Below, piece by piece: positions 37,698 to 45,825 of a DNA stretch of 64,000 nt. The notes beneath the pieces were generated by a model that did not search any database, was not told the DNA's origin, and was given only the letters and a program-made list of their open reading frames with translations. How positions within the stretch are numbered: the stretch's first letter is position 1; the number at the start of each line of letters is the position of its first letter. Source of the stretch: Candidatus Micrarchaeota archaeon. Its GTDB lineage: Archaea > Iainarchaeota > Iainarchaeia > Iainarchaeales > JAGVWC01. Position numbers and translations under genes: made by a program. The DNA lies in assembly GCA_043803815.1 (NCBI GenBank), contig JAZDJR010000018.1, forward strand, positions 32,001-96,000, given 5' to 3'.

Positions 37698-38426
37698 ATG
37701 GCGCATCTAAGCAGTTCAAGAAGAGGGCCGAGAAAAGAACCTCGACGTGGAGACAATATTTTGAATGTATTGGAACAGACACGTTGGGTTGGATGTAAGG
37801 GAACTACGCGGCGCGTCTATACCCACAATCGTGGACGTGGCTATATTGCTGACGTTGGCAATAAGACCAAGCAAGTTACTGACCTGATTTTACACCTTCA
37901 AAGAAAGGGAATTTTTGTTCCACGCATTACTAAAGTATACTCTGAAAATCATTTTGTGGAATTTGAAAAAGGGGGAAAAACATTCGCAAATTTTCTTGCA
38001 AAACTTTCCTCCGAATCAGAACGCGTGAAAAAAATGCCGGCCGCGGTCCGTCTAAGGCGGCTGCAACAGCAAAAACGAGCGAACTATCAAATATTAACAA
38101 AGATTTTCCGCATGATGGGAAGGGTGCATTCATTAGGCATCCGTCACGGTCATCCGCACCCTGGAAATATTGTTCTTCAAGGAAATCGGGTCGGCTTGAT
38201 TGATTTCAAATTTGCCCATTGGGTTTCAAAGGAATGCTGGAAATCCCATAATTCCCTCTTTTTGGGATTTTGGGATGACTATATGTGGTTGGGCAAAATC
38301 CTCAGTCGGTTAGCAATCCAACCCAAAAAAAGGACTGCTTTGTGGCGGGGACTCGTTAGTCGATATCCCTGTTCTGAAGAAATCAAACAACAATTAATGA
38401 AACGAATAGAACAATGGTCAGGATAA
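37698..38426 (+). CDS. Orphan RIO/Bud32-like kinase-fold protein with atypical catalytic loop HGHPHPGN
   Basis: GIFVPRI, MGRVHSLGIRHGHPHPGNIV, LIDF; basic N-terminus; AT-rich codon usage. Confidence 0.7.
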   Translation: MAHLSSSRRGPRKEPRRGDNILNVLEQTRWVGCKGTTRRVYTHNRGRGYIADVGNKTKQVTDLILHLQRKGIFVPRITKVYSENHFVEFEKGGKTFANFLAKLSSESERVKKMPAAVRLRRLQQQKRANYQILTKIFRMMGRVHSLGIRHGHPHPGNIVLQGNRVGLIDFKFAHWVSKECWKSHNSLFLGFWDDYMWLGKILSRLAIQPKKRTALWRGLVSRYPCSEEIKQQLMKRIEQWSG

Positions 38427-38446
38427 CAAAAAAAGAAGTGAAAAAA

Positions 38447-41400
38447 ATGCCGCAAAAACAATTCGATTTGAGATTAAAGCTGATTTGCCATCCTCCTGTG
38501 CAGAAATATTACGAACGGCTGATGGCCAAGGCCACAAAAGAAATCGCTTTGGCGCAGTTGGCGCGCAAATCGGGAGTCGACTTGGAATCCGACATCGAGA
38601 CTTTGCCGGCCTTGGACTTGGCGGACCGCTGCGAAAGCATCATCGGTCCCGCGGGAATCGCGAAGCGTTACCGCGAAGAATTTGTGAAAACCAACGACCG
38701 GATTAAAACGATTTTTTTGCTGTTCCGCGAAATGATGGAGCAAACCGGATGGTACCGCGAGGCCGACCCGCAAAAACGCCTGGACCAGTCGATTCGAACC
38801 GCCTTGGTGCTGGTAACCGAAGGCGCGGTTGTTGCTCCGCTGGACGGCGTTCCGCGGATATTGATTTCAAAGAATCCGGACGGTTCGCAGTACGTGGATA
38901 TTTATTTTGCGGGGCCGATTCGCGCGGCCGGCGGAACCGCGACCGTGTTTCCCCTGATTTTGGGGGATTTTGCGCGCAAACTGCTGAATCTGGACCGATA
39001 CAAGCCCACCGACGACGAGGTGGAGCGGTATGTGGAAGAAACCGCGATTTATGACGAAATCGTTTCGCGGCAATACAAATTAAAGGAAGACGAAGTGCGG
39101 AAAATTATCCGCAATTGCACGGTGTGCATTAACGGAGAGCCGACCGAAGACCGCGAAGTGTCCGTGCACCGCGACTTGGACCGCGTCCTTTCCAATCAGG
39201 TTCGCGGCGGCGCGTGCCTGGTCATCAGCGAAGGAGTCGCGTTAAAGGCGCGGAAAATCATTTCGTATGCCAAGCAGCTTGAACTGGACTGGAACTGGCT
39301 TGAACAAATAATTAAAGTCGAAAAAAGCGACGGTTCGAAAAAAGGATTGAGCGTTAATGACAATTTTTTGGAGCGCATGGCCGCCGGACGTCCCATTTTT
39401 TCCTATCCCTTGCGAATCGGCGGTTTTCGCCTGCGCTACGGAAGAGGCCGCAATACCGCGGCCATGGGAAAAGCGATTCATCCGGCTACCATGTATGTTT
39501 TGGACGAATTTATCGCGGTTGGAACGCAGTTAAAAGTCGAGCGCCCGGGAAAAGCCGCGGAAGTGTTTCCCTGCGATTCGATTGAAGGGCCGATTGTGCG
39601 GTTGTTCAACGGCACGGTTTTGCAAATCGATTCGGTTGCCATGGCTAATCAGTATCGCACCCAAATCGAACGGATACTGTTTTTGGGGGACCTGCTCGCA
39701 ACGGTAGGGGACTTCCGGAAAAGCGGCCATCCCTTGGTTCCGGTCGGATACTGCGAGGAATGGTGGCTTTGCGAACTTTCAAAAGCGCTAAGCGAAGGAA
39801 AAAAAACAGAGGTATCGCTTGAAGCGATTCTAAAAAAACCCAAAATAGTTTCGATTAAGCAATCCCTGCAATTAAACAGCGATTTGGGGGTGCCCTTGCA
39901 TTCCAATTTTGTTTATTATTATAAGGCATTGGATTCCAAATTATTCATCGAATTGTACAACGGGTTGTATGGCGCAAGGCAGCTGCAAGGCGAAAACGGA
40001 ATCGGGTTGGAACTTTCAAACGAAGCCGATGTCAAAAGCGCCTTTGAAAAAATCGGGGTTCCGCATTCGCTTGAAAACGACGCCAAAACCATCCGAATCG
40101 GCGAGCAAACCGGCTTGGCTTTGCTGAAAACATTCGGCGTTTTGGACAACCGGACCATTGACCCGACCCAAATCACCAACGACAATATTTTGGAAGTATT
40201 GAACCTGACAAGCGGCTTAATCATCCGCGACAAATGCGGCACTTTTATCGGCTGCCGCATGGGCCGACCCGAAGCAAGCCATCCGCGCAAAATGATTGGA
40301 AATCCCCACACTTTGTTTCCCATCGGAACGTTTGGCGGCCCCACGCGCTCGATTAACAAAGCCGCGGTCACGAACGAAAAAAGCATTTCGCAAAAAAACG
40401 AAATCGAAGTCGAAATCGCCTTGTTTGAATGCCCCGAGTGCCGCCAAATTTCGTCTTTTCCGCAATGCGGCCATTGCCGAGCCAAAACCATTCCGCGGTA
40501 CTGGTGCAAAAAATGCGAAGCCCCCGCCGCTCCCGACCGTTGCCCGAAGTGCGCGGGAAAAACGAACCGGTATAGCTTGCGCAAAATTGAGCTGAACGAA
40601 ATCGTCAGCCAGGCCGCCAAAAACGTGGGAATCAAAATGCCGCCTTTGGTCAAAGGGGTCAGGGGATTAATCAACGAAACCAAGGAAGTCGAGCCATTGG
40701 AAAAAGGGATTTTGCGCGCGAATTACGACTTGCACGTGTTTCGCGACGCGACAATTCGCTATGAAATGCTTAATGCGGCCATCACGCATTTTAAGCCGGT
40801 TGAAATTCAGACTCCGGTTAGCCGGCTTCGCGAACTCGGATACGAATTTGACATGGATGGAAAACCGCTGGAGACCGAAGACCAAATGGTGGAATTGTTT
40901 CCGCAGGATGTCATCATTAACGAGGAAGCGGGGGATTTTTTTGTAAAAGTCGCCAAGTTTTTGGACGACGAGCTTTCGCGCCTGTACGGAGTGACGGAAT
41001 ATTTCAAAAAAAACAAGCGCGACGAAATGGTCGGCGAACTCGTACTCGGCCTTGCGCCGCACACTTCCGCAGCGGTGGTCGGAAGAATCATCGGCTACAC
41101 CAAATCGCGCCTCGGCTGGGGGCACCCGTATTTTCACCTGGCCAAGCGGCGCAACATCGACGGCGACCAGGATTCCATGATGCTTTTGATGGATGCCCTG
41201 CTGAATTTTTCGAATCATTACCTGCCGTCCAGCCGCGGCGGAAGAATGGACGCGCCTTTGGTGTTCACGATTGCGCTTACGCCAAACGAAGTGGACGACG
41301 AAGTGTACGATATGGATACCGGAACAAGCTATCCGCTGGAATTGTATGAAAAAGCGCAGGAATTTGCCAAAGCCGAAAGCGTTTCCATCGATATTATCCT

Positions 41401-41902
41401 AAAACGGCTTGGAAAACCCGAACAATATTCCGGAATCAAGTTTTCGCATTCCACCGGCCGCTTTGACGAAGGACCGCACACCACGCGCTACGTGCAATTG
41501 CAAAGCATGGAAGACAAGTTAAACGCGCAAATCCGGCTGCAGAAAAAAATCGCGGCTGTTGACCTCAAGAATTCCTTGGAACTGGTGCTGCAGTCCCATT
41601 TTTTGCCGGATATTGTCGGAAACATCCGCAGTTTTTCAAAGCAGCAGATGCGCTGCACCAAATGCAACGCCAAATACCGGCGCGTTCCGCTTAAAGGCCT
41701 TTGCACCAAATGCGGCGGCCATATTATCCTGACGATTGCGCAGGGTTCGGTACGCAAATATTTGGAACTGGCCAAAAACGTGGTGCACCAAAACAACCTG
41801 TCCAATTATCTAGCCCAGCGCCTGGACCTGATTGAAGACGAAATTAATTCCGTGTTCAAACCCGAAAAGACGACGCAAAAATCCTTGTTCGAATTCGCGT
41901 GA
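38447..41902 (+). CDS. polC: DNA polymerase D large subunit DP2 (no intein)
   Basis: TEG.V.APLDG, AGPIRAAGGT, GGFRLRYGR, RMGRPE, HLAKRRNIDGDQD, GGRMDAPL, C-terminal Zn fingers. Confidence 0.97.
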   Translation: MPQKQFDLRLKLICHPPVQKYYERLMAKATKEIALAQLARKSGVDLESDIETLPALDLADRCESIIGPAGIAKRYREEFVKTNDRIKTIFLLFREMMEQTGWYREADPQKRLDQSIRTALVLVTEGAVVAPLDGVPRILISKNPDGSQYVDIYFAGPIRAAGGTATVFPLILGDFARKLLNLDRYKPTDDEVERYVEETAIYDEIVSRQYKLKEDEVRKIIRNCTVCINGEPTEDREVSVHRDLDRVLSNQVRGGACLVISEGVALKARKIISYAKQLELDWNWLEQIIKVEKSDGSKKGLSVNDNFLERMAAGRPIFSYPLRIGGFRLRYGRGRNTAAMGKAIHPATMYVLDEFIAVGTQLKVERPGKAAEVFPCDSIEGPIVRLFNGTVLQIDSVAMANQYRTQIERILFLGDLLATVGDFRKSGHPLVPVGYCEEWWLCELSKALSEGKKTEVSLEAILKKPKIVSIKQSLQLNSDLGVPLHSNFVYYYKALDSKLFIELYNGLYGARQLQGENGIGLELSNEADVKSAFEKIGVPHSLENDAKTIRIGEQTGLALLKTFGVLDNRTIDPTQITNDNILEVLNLTSGLIIRDKCGTFIGCRMGRPEASHPRKMIGNPHTLFPIGTFGGPTRSINKAAVTNEKSISQKNEIEVEIALFECPECRQISSFPQCGHCRAKTIPRYWCKKCEAPAAPDRCPKCAGKTNRYSLRKIELNEIVSQAAKNVGIKMPPLVKGVRGLINETKEVEPLEKGILRANYDLHVFRDATIRYEMLNAAITHFKPVEIQTPVSRLRELGYEFDMDGKPLETEDQMVELFPQDVIINEEAGDFFVKVAKFLDDELSRLYGVTEYFKKNKRDEMVGELVLGLAPHTSAAVVGRIIGYTKSRLGWGHPYFHLAKRRNIDGDQDSMMLLMDALLNFSNHYLPSSRGGRMDAPLVFTIALTPNEVDDEVYDMDTGTSYPLELYEKAQEFAKAESVSIDIILKRLGKPEQYSGIKFSHSTGRFDEGPHTTRYVQLQSMEDKLNAQIRLQKKIAAVDLKNSLELVLQSHFLPDIVGNIRSFSKQQMRCTKCNAKYRRVPLKGLCTKCGGHIILTIAQGSVRKYLELAKNVVHQNNLSNYLAQRLDLIEDEINSVFKPEKTTQKSLFEFA

Positions 41903-41957
41903 ACGGCGATTGACGGAAAAAAACGCACAGATAAGTATTCTGAACCAAACAACAGTA

Positions 41958-42302
41958 ATGGCAGCCAAACAGGATAAGCAAGAAAACAAATTCTTGTATT
42001 TTCTTGATGATGAAGAACAAAACTATATTTTTGTCCGCATTCGCATTATGAATGACGGCGTTACTTTGGAGTCATTTGCCATGATGCAAGTTTCAATCAT
42101 CAACCAAAAAAAACACGAAATCACGCGATATGATTCAAGCATCCGCGAAGCCATTAATGTCCATAAGTGGTACTGCAAAGGAAACCCAAAAGAGTTTATC
42201 CAAAAACCGTTAACCTGGGAAACCTTAATCGGGTTTGAAGAAGAAATCTGGCAAAAATGGCGGCAGTATTTGTTTTTATACAAGGAAAAGAAAGGTTTAT
42301 AA
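41958..42302 (+). CDS. Putative toxin-like protein upstream of an HTH gene (DUF6516-like architecture)
   Basis: I.RYDS...H motif, small size, paired with a downstream HTH gene. Confidence 0.5.
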   Translation: MAAKQDKQENKFLYFLDDEEQNYIFVRIRIMNDGVTLESFAMMQVSIINQKKHEITRYDSSIREAINVHKWYCKGNPKEFIQKPLTWETLIGFEEEIWQKWRQYLFLYKEKKGL

Positions 42303-42318
42303 CGACAAAAGTTATAAA
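42296..42318. promoter_or_regulatory. Palindrome TTTATAAC-N7-GTTATAAA upstream of the HTH gene
   Basis: Perfect 8-bp arms. Confidence 0.55.
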
Positions 42319-42332
42319 TAGTTTGTGGGAAC

Positions 42333-42695
42333 ATGAAAAAACTGGTATTTAAAATCGGCGGCACTTTTCGCCAGGATGCCGTGGCGTTTGCCAAAGGTTC
42401 AAAGAAACCCGAATCGGGAACCACTACGGTTTATTTGAGAGATTTCAAGCACCTTCGCGAAATGCTGACCCCGAAAAAATTGGCTTTGCTGGATGCCATG
42501 ATTTCTTTTGCCGATGCAAAGCAAAACGTTTCCCAAATTGCCAAAAAACTGAAGCGAAAACAGGAAGCGGTCAGCCGCGACCTGGCGGTTCTGGAAAAAA
42601 ACGGGTTAATACACAAAACCAAGCACAAACAGCATGTACATCCTGCTCTTTCGTTTTCCATTATTCAAATCGAGCTGGGTAAAGCAATCGCATAG
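42333..42695 (+). CDS. HVO_A0114-like HTH DNA-binding protein (putative antitoxin)
   Basis: LREMLTPKKLALL...VSQIAKKLKRKQEAVSRDLAVLEKNGLI. Confidence 0.75.
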   Translation: MKKLVFKIGGTFRQDAVAFAKGSKKPESGTTTVYLRDFKHLREMLTPKKLALLDAMISFADAKQNVSQIAKKLKRKQEAVSRDLAVLEKNGLIHKTKHKQHVHPALSFSIIQIELGKAIA

Positions 42696-42713
42696 TTTAC
42701 TTTAAATCTTGTT

Positions 42714-43493
42714 TTAGGATTGCGGCGTCCATTTTACCGGCGTCAGATAGGGAATGTGCAAAACGCCAGCCTGGGCAAGAATAAGGATTAAAACAATCAG
42801 CCCCAAAACCGCGATTCGAAAACGGTTGTCGGTGCCGAGTTTTTCCCGAAACCATTTTGAAGCCGGATTGTCCCACAAAAATCCGAGAATGCCTTTGATG
42901 ATGTCGACTAAATAGCGAATCCAGTTGCCGGGGTTTCGCAAGTCGGAAACGGTTTCCCCGACCAGTTCATGCCCTGTTTTGGAGCGGTAGGGAACGTCGG
43001 TTTCGGAAACCAGTTCGCTGTTTACGGCACTGAATTGGAATTCCAATTGCCGACCTTCGATTGAAGCGTCGCAAAGCCAGACCGGAACGTAAAGTGGCCG
43101 AAGGCCGGAAATGACAATGCTTTCTTTTCCCAAATTGTATTTGGCCGCGATTTTTAACTGGGACAATCGTTCGGCTTCTCTTCCGTTGATTCGAAAACGC
43201 ACCACTTTGGTGTGGCTTTCGTCGGGACGAAGGACCAATTGGCTTTCGAATTCATCAAGCAAAGGCCCCAGTTCGTCCTCGATTTCCGCGGTCTGGCCGT
43301 TCATCGCGGTAACGCCGGTTTCCCCTTCGCTCGTGGAAACCGCTCCGCTTTCGTCCGCGGTTTCGACAAACGAGTGGTAGCCGAAAAACCAGTAGGGAAA
43401 AAACCATAATTCGGGGTGGTTTATTTCATAATCGTCCCATTCTTTTTCTTCCAACAGTTCCTTGACTTGGGCTATGACTTCTTCTGAAGTCAT
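42714..43493 (-). CDS. Hypothetical membrane-anchored protein with duplicated L.(F/Y).P.W modules
   Basis: LWFFPYWFF and LYVPVWL motifs, acidic body, C-terminal TM. Confidence 0.65.
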   Translation of the reverse strand: MTSEEVIAQVKELLEEKEWDDYEINHPELWFFPYWFFGYHSFVETADESGAVSTSEGETGVTAMNGQTAEIEDELGPLLDEFESQLVLRPDESHTKVVRFRINGREAERLSQLKIAAKYNLGKESIVISGLRPLYVPVWLCDASIEGRQLEFQFSAVNSELVSETDVPYRSKTGHELVGETVSDLRNPGNWIRYLVDIIKGILGFLWDNPASKWFREKLGTDNRFRIAVLGLIVLILILAQAGVLHIPYLTPVKWTPQS

Positions 43494-43588
43494 GACAATG
43501 GGAAACGTCGAGTGGTTGAGGCGCATGCTAAACAAAAGAGTCCAAGAGGAATATTTAATCTTATTGAAAAAAACGAATTTTGGGGATT

Positions 43589-43629
43589 AAAAAAAGTAAA
43601 AAAAGGGGAGTCCCCGAAAGCTGGGGATT
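43589..43629 (-). terminator. Hairpin plus T-tract terminator candidate after sepF
   Basis: On the minus strand ATCCCC-AGCTTTC-GGGGAC followed by T runs. Confidence 0.45.
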
Positions 43630-43648
43630 GTCCGAAAATTGCAAAAAT

Positions 43649-44005
43649 TTATGCCTTGCGCTTGACGATTTTAATCATGCTGGGCGTAACGAGCACTTTT
43701 TCGTTGGATACCATGGCCAAGTCGCCTTTCATGCCTTCGACCTGCATTCGCAGGCTTCCGACGAGTTCGCGAAGCCGGACAACGTTGCGTTTTTTCATTT
43801 CACCGATGTTCAAAAGGATAAAGTTCCCCATTTGGAGTTCTTTAACCGCGTTTTCCACGTCTTTTTCCGTGGTGAGTTCGACCGGTTTGACGAGCGCTTT
43901 GGCGTCCGCGTACTGGTCTTCTTCGGTTTCGGTGTCCATGTTGTTAAGAAATTCATCCATGTCTACATCGTCTTGTCGACGAAAAACTTTTTCCAAAAAA
44001 GTCAT
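43649..44005 (-). CDS. sepF: Cell division protein SepF (DUF552)
   Basis: VKP..L....D.......L..GN..LLNI, GDLA.V....VLVTPS.IKI. Confidence 0.85.
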   Translation of the reverse strand: MTFLEKVFRRQDDVDMDEFLNNMDTETEEDQYADAKALVKPVELTTEKDVENAVKELQMGNFILLNIGEMKKRNVVRLRELVGSLRMQVEGMKGDLAMVSNEKVLVTPSMIKIVKRKA

Positions 44006-44223
44006 TGTTTTCACTCCCCTATAAAAAAAACTATTCTATTTTACTATGCAAAGTATATTTTAAACTATTTGTTAATCAAACCGCCAAAAGAAGCCCGAAA
44101 ATAGCAGAGTCTACATAAAAAAAATGTAAAAAAGATAGTTCGAAAAACCAACCTGCATTATCGGAAGTGGTTTTGTTCCACAACTCCAAGTTGTTTTTAA
44201 TTGTTTGAATCATCAAACACTGG

Positions 44224-45453
44224 ATGACTTTTACTTCGGATTCTCCCAATTTGTTTGACCGCCTGTACAAGGACCAAAAAACGGTTTTTTTGGACAAAAA
44301 CGCGATTTCGCCGCATTTTGTTCCCAGCCATCTGCCGTTTCGCGAGAACCAATTAAACGAAATTTCGCAGATTTTTTCCGTTGCGTTAAGCGGAAAAAAA
44401 CCCGGCAATCTTTTTTTGTACGGCAAGCCAGGCGCGGGAAAAACCGCGGTATGCAAGCGCGTTTTATCCCAATTATTGGAGTTTGGCAGGAACAAATCGC
44501 TTTCGGTAAGCGGAACCTACATCAATTGCCGGACGCACAATTCCAAGTACCGCGTGCTTTCCAAAATCGTCAAGGACCTGTTTTCCGAAGAAAGCTTTTT
44601 GGGCTATTCGGCGTCGTTTATGTACGACAAAATGCTGGACGGCATTTCCAAAAACAAATTTTCATACATTGTTATTTTGGATGAAATCGACAAAATCAAG
44701 GACTTAGACGAGCTTGTTTATTCGCTTACGCGCTCAAACGACGAGCTTTCCGCGGGCAGCGTCGCGATTACGGGAATTTCAAACAATGTTTTTTTCAAGG
44801 ACCGATTGGACCCGCGAAGCAAGTCAAGCCTGTGCGAGCACGAAATGGTTTTCAGCCCGTATAACGCCGAAGAGCTTCGCCAAATTTTAAACGAGCGCGT
44901 CAATGTCGCGTTCAAGCCCGATTGCATCGAGGAAAGCGCGGTTAATCTGGCCGCGGCAATGGCGGCCGGCGAAAGCGGCGATGCGCGCCAAGCCGTCATG
45001 CTTTTGCAAAAAGCCGGCGAACTGTGCGATGCCAAAAAGCTTGCTAAAATAACGGATGTTGAAGTGCAGGCCGCGAAAAAAAAAGTCGAGGAAGAAATTA
45101 TTTTGAACATGATTGCGACTTTGCCCAAGCATCAGCAATTATTGCTTTTGGCGATTGCCAATTTGTCCGTGCAAAAGCGTTCGCAGCAGCGCATCGCGGG
45201 GGATAGCCGGGAACAGCCCTTGTTTTCGGGGGAAGTATACGAGGAATACGCGAAAACCGCGAAAAGCCTTCGGGAATCGCCGGTGTCTTCGCGCTGGTAC
45301 CGCCAGTACGTTTCCGAACTGGAAATGTTCGGCTTGTTGATTACCGCGGCGTCAGGCCAGGGCATCCGCGGAAACACGCGGCTGATTAAATTGAGCTTTG
45401 ACCCCAAAAAAATAATGGACGCCGTGCAAAAAGAAATCGCGGCGAACAATTAG
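44224..45453 (+). CDS. cdc6: Orc1/Cdc6 replication initiator
   Basis: LP.RE.Q, YGKPGAGKT (Walker A), ILDEID (Walker B), LDPR.KSSL, GDAR, wHTH with ELEMFGL. Confidence 0.95.
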   Translation: MTFTSDSPNLFDRLYKDQKTVFLDKNAISPHFVPSHLPFRENQLNEISQIFSVALSGKKPGNLFLYGKPGAGKTAVCKRVLSQLLEFGRNKSLSVSGTYINCRTHNSKYRVLSKIVKDLFSEESFLGYSASFMYDKMLDGISKNKFSYIVILDEIDKIKDLDELVYSLTRSNDELSAGSVAITGISNNVFFKDRLDPRSKSSLCEHEMVFSPYNAEELRQILNERVNVAFKPDCIEESAVNLAAAMAAGESGDARQAVMLLQKAGELCDAKKLAKITDVEVQAAKKKVEEEIILNMIATLPKHQQLLLLAIANLSVQKRSQQRIAGDSREQPLFSGEVYEEYAKTAKSLRESPVSSRWYRQYVSELEMFGLLITAASGQGIRGNTRLIKLSFDPKKIMDAVQKEIAANN

Positions 45454-45473
45454 GAAAAGGATGTGATAAGAAA

Positions 45474-45785
45474 ATGGAAAAATTCTGCCAGGTTTTAATC
45501 AGCGCCACAAGCAAAAAAGAAGCCGACCGGATTTCGGACAATTTGGTCCAAAAACGGCTGGTGGCGGGTTCTTTGATTCTTAAAGGTCCTTCGCGTTACT
45601 GGTGGGAAGGAAAAATCGTTGAAAAGGAATATTTCAATGTGCAGGCGTTTTCGGTTTTCAAAAACAAGGACAAAATTATTTCTGAAGCAAAAAAAGGCCA
45701 CAGCGACGAGTGCCCCATCATCGCTTTTTTTGCCATGGACGGGAACGCGGATTTCCTGAAATGGATTCGAGAATCGGTCGAATAA
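45474..45785 (+). CDS. cutA: Divalent-cation tolerance protein CutA
   Basis: EA..I...LV..RLVA, S.YWWEGKI, H..ECP.I, GN.DFL.WI. Confidence 0.85.
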   Translation: MEKFCQVLISATSKKEADRISDNLVQKRLVAGSLILKGPSRYWWEGKIVEKEYFNVQAFSVFKNKDKIISEAKKGHSDECPIIAFFAMDGNADFLKWIRESVE

Positions 45786-45825
45786 CTTCGGTTTTTCAGG
45801 TCCCGATTCGGTTCGGATAAGTGGT

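Noticed and set aside
38447-41902. Intein in DP2
   Set aside because: The HLAKRRNIDGDQD region is uninterrupted and the length is normal.
44161-44200. Canonical ORB element
   Set aside because: Only GTTCCA matches; the GGAAAC half and G-string are missing.
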